Of a stretch of 64,000 bases of DNA, positions 47,031 to 56,427 are shown piece after piece (position 1 is the stretch's first letter; every line of letters begins with the position of its first letter). The stretch is taken from positions 124,001 to 188,000 of the IMG/VR virus record IMGVR_UViG_3300027541_000009; one strand, 5' to 3'. A model generated the notes under the pieces. It was not told the DNA's origin. It did no database searches and worked only from the letters and a program-made list of their open reading frames with translations. The position numbers were made by a program, and so were the translations under genes.

Positions 47031-47032
47031 AA

Positions 47033-50000
47033 ATGAAAATAGTTTCTCCATTCACAACAACTCTTAAATCCGTAAAGGGACAATTTGTTGCAAAGGAAAA
47101 ACTTATTAAGTCATCATTAATTACTCAGAAAAAAAGTATTGATGATAAGAGAAAAAATTCTGAAAGAGAAAGATTTATTGATTATGAATCAAGACTTGAA
47201 AAAACATTAAAGTTTATAGGAAAACCAATAAAGAAGATAGGAAAAAAACTTGGTTTCTTAGATTCCTTAAAACAATTTATTGTTAATGTTTTATTAGGAT
47301 TTGTAGCAGTTCGTCTGTTAAAATATCTTCCACAAATGATGGGATTATTGACCACAATGTTTAAGGTCAGTGATTTTATTCTTGATATGAGTGGCAAATT
47401 ATTAAATGGATTAGTCACATTTGTAGATAAAGGATATCAAGCAGCCGAACATGCAAGAAAATTAGTAAAGACTATTGGCGGACAAAAAGCAGTTGATTCT
47501 TTGGATGGATTGAACAATCAAGCGAATTCTTTAATGAATTCTATCATGATTGCCGGAATGATATTCAGTGATTTTGGTGGAGTTGGTAGTGGAATACCTG
47601 CAGCAAGTCAAGCAATAGAATCTGGCACCGATATTATTCAACAAAAGATAAAAGGAGAAGCAGCAGCAAAAGCGGCAGAAGAAGGATCAAAGGTAGCAGC
47701 ACGAGCAGCAATTGGACCTTTGGGTGCTGCTGGAATAGTTCTTGGCGCAGGTCTATTATCCTCGGCTTTAGGTGAAGGAATATATCAAATTAAAAAATAT
47801 TCCAAAGGATTGAACCAATTCGGTGTTCTCTCCGCAATGTTTAAAGTTCCGATAGCATTCTTAAGTAGTGTTGGAACTCTTCTGGATATTATTGGTGCTC
47901 CTTTTAGATACGGTGTTGAGTTGATTCGTGCTGCAGCAATGAAAATTAATAATGATAAAAGAGGACTTGAAGAACAAAATAAAAATTTGGGAAAGTTTGA
48001 TGCAAGAGTGCGAGACAATATAAGAGAGGGTCTATCTGTATTTGCTCCTCTTTTCTCATTCTTCAAAATGGATAGCGTTGCCAATAAACTACAAACTCCT
48101 GGGTCATTTGGAAGTTTGTATGGGCAGAAAGCAGTTAAAGATATGGGATATTATAGTGGTGGGTTAGTAGTTAAAAAATTTGCTGGGGGTGGATATACTC
48201 AAAATAATAAAGGTAAAAAAGTAGAAATACCAAGAACATTCAATCCACAATCGAGTTCATTGCAACCTGGATCTGCAATAGGCGGAACTGGAATGATGAC
48301 ACAGATTTTTCCATATCCAAAAGAAAATGATAGAATGAATCAATATAACTATATGATTTCTTCTTATGAAAGTTTATATGATGGTGGTTCAATTGGACCT
48401 TTAATGGGGTTAACTGTAAAATCCATTCTTGGAGATAGAATTACGAATAGAGATTATTCTAATGCAAGTGGTTCATTGTCCTCTTTATTATTATCCGGAG
48501 TTTATGAAGAAAATAGGCAAGCGTATAATCAAATATACACATCTTTAGGAACTGATGAATTTAAGAATATTATCGAACAAGAAATCTCAAAAAGTTTGCA
48601 GGACAAATTTTCTCAGATACAAAATCAACTTAGAATTCAATTAGGTCTTCTTCCTCCACCGGGTGTTGCTGAAGAAACAAGTGCGGATGCTTGTGCTGCT
48701 GCTTGCGATACTGGTAGCGGGTTTGCTGTTGCTGGAGATGCAATTGATAAAGCAATTTTAGATTTGATTGCTTCAGTCGAATCTGGACCTAAAGAATATG
48801 ATGCATTTAATGTTTCTCGCGGTGCAACTGCAGGAAAACCAACTCAAATGAGTGTTTCTTGGTTGGCATCAAATGCAAATGGTGCTGTTGGTAGATATCA
48901 ACAAATGCCAGAATATCTTTTAGAGCGTGTAGTTGCAGCTGGTGGTAAAGGAAGTGATAAGTTTACGCCAGAATTGCAAGATAGAACAGCATTAAAAATG
49001 TTATATTCTGGACATGGATTTTCAAGGTGGAGAAGTGGTCAGATGAGTGATGAAGAGTTTGGTAATCGTCTTTCTGCGACTTGGAGAGGTCTTCCCCATA
49101 GTAGTGGTGGAACATATCCTGACAGACACGCTGGTGGAAATAGGGCTGGTATGTCAAGATCTAATTTTATGGCACGATTGGCACAAATAAAAAAAGGTGC
49201 AGGTCCGTCAACTGCAAAAATAGCACCAGGTTCCCCTGCCGCAAATGTAGATCCTTGCATTTGTGACCCAGAAACTCCTGATGGTAGTGGATTAAATATG
49301 GGTGCAGAGAGTGTCTCTACTTCAATTTCTGGTGTTGTAAACCCAGTTCCTTCTCAGAATATTGCTTCAAATAAAGGAGGATATGCTGCTGATACTGGTC
49401 TTGATATTTTAACGCCTATAGGTTCAAAAGTTGTTGCATCTGTTAGTGGAATTTTAGAGTATGCAGAGCGTGGACATGTTGCTCAAATGGGTCAAGATGC
49501 AAATCCAAATATGCCCGGTCAACAAGATCAGCATAGTGTAAGAATAAAATTGGATAAACCTTTTTCACACAAAGGCAAAACAGTTAATTTCTTTTATGCA
49601 ACTCACTTGTATGAACTATCGAGTGCTGTTAAGAATAAATCGGGAATCAAAATAAATGCAGGAACTCCGCTTGGATTATCTGGTGTAGCAAATAAAGTTC
49701 CTCATGTTCATGTTGGTTATGTGGGCGACAGAAATCAAACTTCATTCTTGAATTATCTTGAAGTTAAATCTATGTTAAGTTCTTCTCGTCAGAGTGGTGG
49801 ACCTACTTTATCTGGTGGTATTAGACTATTGCACGAAGGTGAATATGTGATTGATAAAGATTCTGTTGATTTGTTTGGTGGAGTCCAATTCTTCAGTATG
49901 ATCAATGGCATTGAGAATGAAAAACAAAGAAATGAAAAATCATCTCAACTGATAAAGCATTTGAGTAAATATACCGGTAGAAAAATAGACCAAAGACCAG

Positions 50001-50131
50001 AAATAATCGTTGATAATAGTGAAGTGGACTTTATAATGTCTCCTTCGATTCTGACCAAACCTCAGTCCTCTACTACAATTATTGATGAAGAAATTAATTG
50101 GGAACAAGACATACTAAGTATGAGAGGATAA
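47033..50131 (+). CDS. Tape-measure-like virion protein with lysozyme-like and M23-like domains
   Basis: LDLIASVESG..YDAFN..AVGRYQ..QDRTA..TWRGLP; GLDI.TPIGSKV.A..HL..GLSG...HVHVG. Confidence 0.6.
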   Translation: MKIVSPFTTTLKSVKGQFVAKEKLIKSSLITQKKSIDDKRKNSERERFIDYESRLEKTLKFIGKPIKKIGKKLGFLDSLKQFIVNVLLGFVAVRLLKYLPQMMGLLTTMFKVSDFILDMSGKLLNGLVTFVDKGYQAAEHARKLVKTIGGQKAVDSLDGLNNQANSLMNSIMIAGMIFSDFGGVGSGIPAASQAIESGTDIIQQKIKGEAAAKAAEEGSKVAARAAIGPLGAAGIVLGAGLLSSALGEGIYQIKKYSKGLNQFGVLSAMFKVPIAFLSSVGTLLDIIGAPFRYGVELIRAAAMKINNDKRGLEEQNKNLGKFDARVRDNIREGLSVFAPLFSFFKMDSVANKLQTPGSFGSLYGQKAVKDMGYYSGGLVVKKFAGGGYTQNNKGKKVEIPRTFNPQSSSLQPGSAIGGTGMMTQIFPYPKENDRMNQYNYMISSYESLYDGGSIGPLMGLTVKSILGDRITNRDYSNASGSLSSLLLSGVYEENRQAYNQIYTSLGTDEFKNIIEQEISKSLQDKFSQIQNQLRIQLGLLPPPGVAEETSADACAAACDTGSGFAVAGDAIDKAILDLIASVESGPKEYDAFNVSRGATAGKPTQMSVSWLASNANGAVGRYQQMPEYLLERVVAAGGKGSDKFTPELQDRTALKMLYSGHGFSRWRSGQMSDEEFGNRLSATWRGLPHSSGGTYPDRHAGGNRAGMSRSNFMARLAQIKKGAGPSTAKIAPGSPAANVDPCICDPETPDGSGLNMGAESVSTSISGVVNPVPSQNIASNKGGYAADTGLDILTPIGSKVVASVSGILEYAERGHVAQMGQDANPNMPGQQDQHSVRIKLDKPFSHKGKTVNFFYATHLYELSSAVKNKSGIKINAGTPLGLSGVANKVPHVHVGYVGDRNQTSFLNYLEVKSMLSSSRQSGGPTLSGGIRLLHEGEYVIDKDSVDLFGGVQFFSMINGIENEKQRNEKSSQLIKHLSKYTGRKIDQRPEIIVDNSEVDFIMSPSILTKPQSSTTIIDEEINWEQDILSMRG

Positions 50132-50135
50132 GTAA

Positions 50136-53024
50136 ATGGCATACATTACACTCAAGAATCCAACAACTTTCATACTTAAAAAGCAAGTAGTTCGAGTCGA
50201 AAAACTTGTTGGACAAAAAAACAAATTTAAGGATATTGCGTTCAAGCGTCAAAATTTACTGAACGAAAGAAAGAGATTTGAAGAAAAGGAAAGAAAATTA
50301 GAGGATACAACGGATAGTTCTGAAAGACAAGTATCCACTAAGATGCCTGTCAAAAAACTTGGATTTCTTGATGTTGTAAAAAATTTCCTATTCAAAGTTC
50401 TTTTAGGGGCATTTGCAATTAAACTTTTACCCCATGCACCAAAACTAAAAGGTGTTTTGGTGGGTGCAATGAAGTTTAGTGATTTCATTCTTCAGTTTTC
50501 TGGTGCATTACTAAATTCATTTGTCACATTTGTCGATAAAGTTTATCAGATAGTTGATTTTGGTAAAAAACAAGCAAAATTATTAGGTGGCGATAAAGGT
50601 CTACAAAATTATGAGAAAGCATTAGGGACCGCAAAAAATGTAATGAATTCCATGCTTATTGCTGGAATGCTTTTTTCCGATCTGATTGAAATCGATTCTC
50701 AGTCAGGTGTTCAAAGGCAAGCAGTTGATACTATTCAAGAAAAAGTTACTCAAGAGGTTGTTAAAAGGCAAGGATTTAGAGCTTCTATGCAAGCTATTGC
50801 TCAAAGAATAGCAAGCTCCACTGTCGGAGTTGTTGGTCTCGTTGGACTTGCATCATCTCTTGTTGGTGAATTACTTTTTCAACAGAGAAAATTTACTACA
50901 AAACTTGAATCAGATGCTTACAAGAAAGTGGAGGAAGCACAAAAAGATCCAAATCTCATTACGAGGTCAGCCAAACTTGCTTTTTACAATACATTTGCTA
51001 TTCCCGGACTCAGATTTTATAATTTTCTTTCTACCGGTATAGGAACATTGCTTGATATTATTGGTGCTCCCTTTAGATATGCAGTTGAGTTAATAAATTT
51101 TGCGGTGATGTCCTTAATGGGGGATAGTAAAGGAATAAGAACCCAAAGAGAGAATCTTGGAAAACTTGATGCCAGAATTAGAGAGCAACTAAGACAAATG
51201 GTTAATGTTCTTAGTTTTGGACTTCTTGCTAAAAAGAAAGGTTCTTTTGGAAGTTTATATGGTAAAGGTGCCACAGAAGCAATGGGATACGCTGAAGGAG
51301 GAGAGGTTACCAGAGGCGGAATGTATATGGGGGCAGTCACAAGAACAGCAGGTAAAGGAGTTAAGGCAAGAAGAACTGAGGTTATTTCAACTTCTCCGCT
51401 ACAGCCTGGTGTTGATGTTGGAGGTTTATCTCCATATCAAAATTCAACTAATACAAAAATATCAACTTTCTATCAGAATTTTTCTGATGTCAGTATAACA
51501 AATCCATACGAATACTTAGAAAAATCTTATGATATTGTTGGCACTACAAAATTTGTACATCCTTTGCTTGAAATGAGTGTTAAAACTTTAATGGGAGACA
51601 AACCACCAGAGAGTGATTTTAAAGCAGTTGGTGTAGGTCTTAATAATCTTCTGAATGATATTTTAGATACTGCAAAATCTCCAGATGTTAAAGGTGGAGT
51701 AATCAGTGATAAGACAGGACCTATTGATATATCAAATTGGATTAGTTCTATAGTAAAAGATGCTATTACTGATCCAATTAATTCAATTATATCTAATTTA
51801 TCAAATCAATTAACACTGAAGGCAAATAGCACACAAGGTGGGGCAGTAAGTCCTTCCGCACAAAAAGTAGGGGACACCCAAGAAAATCCACTCGCACAAT
51901 TTGGTGGACAAGCACAATTTGTTATTGGTGATAGTATAGCACATGGATTTGCCGGTAGGAGTGGAAAGGGAACTGATAGTGACGACACTCAAGTTGGCAG
52001 GAGTGCGGCAAATGTTTTAAAGATTTTAAAAGCAAAAGGCGATGCCCTTCAGGGGAAATTGATTGACCTTTCAACTGGCATTGCAAATTCTAAGGATGAC
52101 TTTTCTTCTGTTGAATCTCAACTTTCATATTTAAAATCTATAGGAGCAAAAGTTAGAGTTCTTGGAGTTTCTGATACATTCAGTCAGAAAAATGGTGGTA
52201 TTAATGAAAAGTTAAATGAATTGGTTAGAAAGTATGGATTTTACTTTTATGGTGGATTTAGAGGTGGAAAAGACCAAATACATGGAACAGCGGAAGATTA
52301 TTCTAAATTAAAACAAAAAAGAGAAGTCGATACCGCACCAACTTCTGGTGCTGAAGGTATGGGTGGTTTAGACCTCGGAAAAGGATATGGAAGTCTTGGT
52401 AGTAAGATTGCAGGAGAACTTGGAAGATATGTTCAGAAATTGGGTGTTGTTCCGGGAAGTATTCATGAGCATCCAGAATTTGGTGGAGTTCTTGGTAGAC
52501 ACGCTGCAAACTCTTACCATTATCAAGGTAGAGCAATTGATTTAGGTGCGTATGCTTATGAACAAGGTCCGATTCTTGCTGCTATCGCAGAGTTTAATAA
52601 AATGAAAGGTGTTAAACCAGTTCAACTACTACATGCAAGAAATGAACCATCTGAACACAGTGATCATGTGCATGTTGCTTATGAACATGGTGGTTTAATT
52701 AGAAAAACCGATTATGCAGTCACGCACCCAGGAGAATATGTTGTTGATGCTGATTCCGTTAAACTATTTGGAATTCCATTTTATGATTTGATTAATAAGA
52801 CAGAAACTGTTTCTCAAAGAAAAAGAGCATCAGAAAGTTTAATATCCATGTTGAGTCAATATACCGAAGATGGATTTCCAGAAACTGAGGAAGATTATAT
52901 GTATCATGTTCCAGAACAACCAATAACTGCCGTTGTTCCGCCAAGAGTATTGCCTTCACCACCAAAAAATTCCTCTTATATTAGTGGAAGTGAAGATCCA
53001 TCTAAAGACATACTTTTCATGTAG
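50136..53024 (+). CDS. Paralogous virion protein with SGNH-like and M15-like (HAANSYHY/AID/HVH) domains
   Basis: N-terminal similarity to 47033 ORF; VIGDSIAHG; HAANSYHYQGRAIDL...HSDHVHVA. Confidence 0.55.
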   Translation: MAYITLKNPTTFILKKQVVRVEKLVGQKNKFKDIAFKRQNLLNERKRFEEKERKLEDTTDSSERQVSTKMPVKKLGFLDVVKNFLFKVLLGAFAIKLLPHAPKLKGVLVGAMKFSDFILQFSGALLNSFVTFVDKVYQIVDFGKKQAKLLGGDKGLQNYEKALGTAKNVMNSMLIAGMLFSDLIEIDSQSGVQRQAVDTIQEKVTQEVVKRQGFRASMQAIAQRIASSTVGVVGLVGLASSLVGELLFQQRKFTTKLESDAYKKVEEAQKDPNLITRSAKLAFYNTFAIPGLRFYNFLSTGIGTLLDIIGAPFRYAVELINFAVMSLMGDSKGIRTQRENLGKLDARIREQLRQMVNVLSFGLLAKKKGSFGSLYGKGATEAMGYAEGGEVTRGGMYMGAVTRTAGKGVKARRTEVISTSPLQPGVDVGGLSPYQNSTNTKISTFYQNFSDVSITNPYEYLEKSYDIVGTTKFVHPLLEMSVKTLMGDKPPESDFKAVGVGLNNLLNDILDTAKSPDVKGGVISDKTGPIDISNWISSIVKDAITDPINSIISNLSNQLTLKANSTQGGAVSPSAQKVGDTQENPLAQFGGQAQFVIGDSIAHGFAGRSGKGTDSDDTQVGRSAANVLKILKAKGDALQGKLIDLSTGIANSKDDFSSVESQLSYLKSIGAKVRVLGVSDTFSQKNGGINEKLNELVRKYGFYFYGGFRGGKDQIHGTAEDYSKLKQKREVDTAPTSGAEGMGGLDLGKGYGSLGSKIAGELGRYVQKLGVVPGSIHEHPEFGGVLGRHAANSYHYQGRAIDLGAYAYEQGPILAAIAEFNKMKGVKPVQLLHARNEPSEHSDHVHVAYEHGGLIRKTDYAVTHPGEYVVDADSVKLFGIPFYDLINKTETVSQRKRASESLISMLSQYTEDGFPETEEDYMYHVPEQPITAVVPPRVLPSPPKNSSYISGSEDPSKDILFM

Positions 53025-53052
53025 TAAATACTAATATAGAACATACAGAAGC

Positions 53053-54444
53053 ATGGCAAATACACCAATTACTGTTGCACAATCCAGAGATTATAATATT
53101 AAACAGTTTCTTATTGAATCTAATAATAAGTCTAAGAAAAAGGATATCTCAAAAATAATTACTGACTTATATTATTATGAAAGTATTTTAAATCCAGCTA
53201 TCAAATTGGATTTGATGTATGTTGAAAGTGGTAAGACTGTAGAATCAGAAAATGCGTATAAGACTTTGATTGAGGGTATGCCTTTAGTTGGAACTGAAAA
53301 AGCAACAATTAAGATGACTGATCCAAATGATGTTGAATTAAAATTAGACTTGTATATTGACAATATAAAACCAATTGGTCAAGATACTCAAAGAACTGTA
53401 GTTTCTTTAAATCTTGTTTCTAAGGAATCTATTTTTAACTATAAAACAGTAGTTAACTCTCGGTTTGATGGCAAAATATCTGACCATGTTAGGAAAATAT
53501 TAACGGAATCAAAATATCTTGGAACTCAAAAAAATGTAGATATAGAAGAAACCGAGAATAATTATAATTTTATAGGAAATAATCGCAGACCTTTTTATGT
53601 TTTACTTTGGCTTGCTAAAAAATCAATTCCAAAACTACAAACGGCAATAGGAAATAGTGCAGGTTTCTTTTTCTATGAGACCTCAGATGGATTTAAATTC
53701 AAATCAATAGAAAATCTCTTGTCGGAGAATACTCCTTCTGGTTCTAAAAAAAATTATAAAAGTTTAATATTTAATCAAACACCTGATAGTAGGGGAGCAA
53801 ATGTTCCTTCAGGATATGATGGAAAGATATTAGAACATAATATTGACACCGCTACAGGAAATGTTCAGTCCAAATTTGAGATAGGATCTTACTCAACGAG
53901 GACAATTTTATTCGATCCATTTAATTGTTACTATCAAGTCATAAATGCAAATGCGAATTCAAGTGGAACTCCTGGTTCAGAATCAAATTTGCAAAAAGCT
54001 GGTAAAGAATTTCCAAAGTATAATAGTGAATTTTTTAGAGATGGAAAAAATAAAGATTTTACAAGAACACAGTACATGCTAATTGACAGGGGAACATTGC
54101 CAACTGGTCCAGTTTCTGAGCAAATTAATAAATCAAGAGATCCAAATTTTGATCCAAAAAATATTTTGAATCAATCTGTGATGAGATATAATCAGTTTTT
54201 TTCAACTAAGGTTACAATAACAATTAGTGCAGATTTTAGTTTACATGCGGGCGATTTAATTTTCATTGACTCTCCAGAACTATCAAGCAAGGATACTCAA
54301 GAACTTAATAAACAATTTGGCGGGTTTTATGTTATTGCTGAACTATGCCATTATTTAAGTTTAAAGGATGGTGGTTATACTAAGTTAACTTTAGTTAGAG
54401 ATTCTTTAGGAAAAAGGGGAAGTCCATCTTATAATGCAATATAA
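53053..54444 (+). CDS. Baseplate hub protein (gp27/late control D-like)
   Basis: IITDLYYYESI, FFFYETSDGFKFKSIE, GDL.AGD.I, G.Y.I..LCH; late promoter at 53025-53030. Confidence 0.6.
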   Translation: MANTPITVAQSRDYNIKQFLIESNNKSKKKDISKIITDLYYYESILNPAIKLDLMYVESGKTVESENAYKTLIEGMPLVGTEKATIKMTDPNDVELKLDLYIDNIKPIGQDTQRTVVSLNLVSKESIFNYKTVVNSRFDGKISDHVRKILTESKYLGTQKNVDIEETENNYNFIGNNRRPFYVLLWLAKKSIPKLQTAIGNSAGFFFYETSDGFKFKSIENLLSENTPSGSKKNYKSLIFNQTPDSRGANVPSGYDGKILEHNIDTATGNVQSKFEIGSYSTRTILFDPFNCYYQVINANANSSGTPGSESNLQKAGKEFPKYNSEFFRDGKNKDFTRTQYMLIDRGTLPTGPVSEQINKSRDPNFDPKNILNQSVMRYNQFFSTKVTITISADFSLHAGDLIFIDSPELSSKDTQELNKQFGGFYVIAELCHYLSLKDGGYTKLTLVRDSLGKRGSPSYNAI

Positions 54445-54480
54445 AGTTGTTAAATAGTAATAGCATAAAAAAATTCTACT

Positions 54481-54693
54481 ATGGATAATGTAGAACAACA
54501 CATTAAGCATGACAGAAAAATTCTTGACGACCCAACAGTGTCTTCGCAATCAAGAAGACATGCTCAAGATGAATTAGAATCTTTAGAAAGATGGGTTAAA
54601 AACCATCCAGATGATGATCATGACCCTACTGGGTTAGAACTTTATTGTAATGATAACCCAAATGCTCTGGAATGTAGAATTTACGAGGATTGA
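54481..54693 (+). CDS. cp12: Phage-type CP12 Calvin cycle inhibitor
   Basis: C-terminal LELYCNDNPNALECRIYED (CxxxPxxxEC motif); lacks the N-terminal Cys pair. Confidence 0.85.
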   Translation: MDNVEQHIKHDRKILDDPTVSSQSRRHAQDELESLERWVKNHPDDDHDPTGLELYCNDNPNALECRIYED

Positions 54694-56423
54694 TGTCTGA
54701 AGGAACCTTATTTAATCCAGGATTTCTTGGAGCACATTTCAATTGGTGGATAGGGCAAATTGCCAGCGATTCCACTTGGAGAGATAATATGCTCTCAAGC
54801 AAATTTGAGTCTAAAGAGCAAATATCTGGACAATCTCGCAGATATAAAGTTAGAATTATAGGTCTTCATGATCAAGGTGAAGAAGAAATAAGTTCTCAAG
54901 ACCTTCCTTGGGCACAGGTAATGTATCCCGTGACTGGTGGTGGAGGACAAGCAAATGCAGGAGCAACCTCTGCATTAAGGCAGGGGATGTTTGTTTTTGG
55001 ATTTTTCCTTGATGGACAGGATCAGCAAGTTCCTGTTATCATGGGAGTTCTTGGTAATAATGCACAAACGCAACTTGCAACATCAATTGGCGGTAGCAAG
55101 GTAACAAACACTCAACCAGGAAGTCTTGCTGTAAGCGGATATGCAAATCCTGCTGATGGTAATAAAGATCCATATATTAAAGTTCCGGATGAAGGTCTTG
55201 TAATTACCAAACCAAAAGACCAAGATACATCTCAAGAATGTGCTGATATTCCACCGGGAGTTCAAGTAGACCAATATGGATTAAGAAGAGATAGGCAACC
55301 AACTTCTTTCCAATTAAGAGATATTCAAAGTGCTTCTGCTGAAGCAGAGGCAAGAAATCTAACTCGCGGAACTCCAGAGTTTATTAATTTTGTAAAAACA
55401 GCAGTTCAAAATGGAATTAAGGCAAGATGTGAAGCAGCAAATTCTCCAACATCTCCCACAAAACCTGGAGCAACAAAGGAAAATGTAGATGCTGTTCATG
55501 AGCAGTCAAAAGCGGATATTGTTAGAAATGACTATTATCACAGAAAGACTGCTATTCTTTCACCATGCGATAAAGTCAAATCTGCATTAAAAGCAATTCA
55601 AGTTGCTTTAGAAAACCTAACGAAGGATATTGATAAGATTTTGAATGCTGTCCAAAGTTATGTTGATGCAGTTTCTTTAATTTTTAGCCAGATACAAGAA
55701 TTGATTAACAATTTTGCATGTGAAATTGCAAAATACATGAAAATAATCTTTGATAAGATTATGGAATATATAATGAAACAGATTAATAAATCTTTAGCAA
55801 AAACTGTAAATTTGATACCACCAAATCAAAGGAATAAGTATTTTGATGTAAAAAAAAGAATAACCGAATTAATTACTTGTTTATTCAGTAAAATAACCAA
55901 TAATTTGTGTGATCAAATAAGAGGATTTTTGAACGGTCAATTAAAAAAAGAATTGCCGATAAAAACAAAACCATCGACCCCAACAACTCCAATTTGCTCC
56001 GTAGAAGGATTAACTGGAAATATAATATCCGGACAGATGCCAGAAATAAATAAGACAGTTACTAAAATATTAGACAATGTGAATAATTTTCTTTATGATA
56101 TATTGTCTGGAATTGGAGAAATTACCAAGTTTGTAAAAGATAAGAAAAATTTAATAGGAGATGTAACTGGAAGTATTACTTCAGCTTTAAGTTTCAGAAA
56201 TATATCTTTAAATATTTTTGGATGTGAGTTAACTCCAAGTTGTCCTGCATCAGATTATTTTATCATCCAAAATGGAAGTGGTGCAGCAGCAAACTCTCAA
56301 CAACCAAGAGTTGGTGAAGTTGACTCTAAGGCACAAAACCCAACCACAAAAATAACTCCAGAACCAGCTAAACCATTTGCTTCTCCTGGACAAAATCAAG
56401 AAGATTTAAAATCGGATTCATAG
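54693..56423 (+). CDS. gp5: Baseplate hub / gp5 N-terminal OB-fold protein
   Basis: WWIGQI, RYKVRIIGLH, LPWAQVMYP, VFGFFLDG..QQVPVIMG. Confidence 0.8.
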   Translation: MSEGTLFNPGFLGAHFNWWIGQIASDSTWRDNMLSSKFESKEQISGQSRRYKVRIIGLHDQGEEEISSQDLPWAQVMYPVTGGGGQANAGATSALRQGMFVFGFFLDGQDQQVPVIMGVLGNNAQTQLATSIGGSKVTNTQPGSLAVSGYANPADGNKDPYIKVPDEGLVITKPKDQDTSQECADIPPGVQVDQYGLRRDRQPTSFQLRDIQSASAEAEARNLTRGTPEFINFVKTAVQNGIKARCEAANSPTSPTKPGATKENVDAVHEQSKADIVRNDYYHRKTAILSPCDKVKSALKAIQVALENLTKDIDKILNAVQSYVDAVSLIFSQIQELINNFACEIAKYMKIIFDKIMEYIMKQINKSLAKTVNLIPPNQRNKYFDVKKRITELITCLFSKITNNLCDQIRGFLNGQLKKELPIKTKPSTPTTPICSVEGLTGNIISGQMPEINKTVTKILDNVNNFLYDILSGIGEITKFVKDKKNLIGDVTGSITSALSFRNISLNIFGCELTPSCPASDYFIIQNGSGAAANSQQPRVGEVDSKAQNPTTKITPEPAKPFASPGQNQEDLKSDS

Positions 56424-56427
56424 AATA

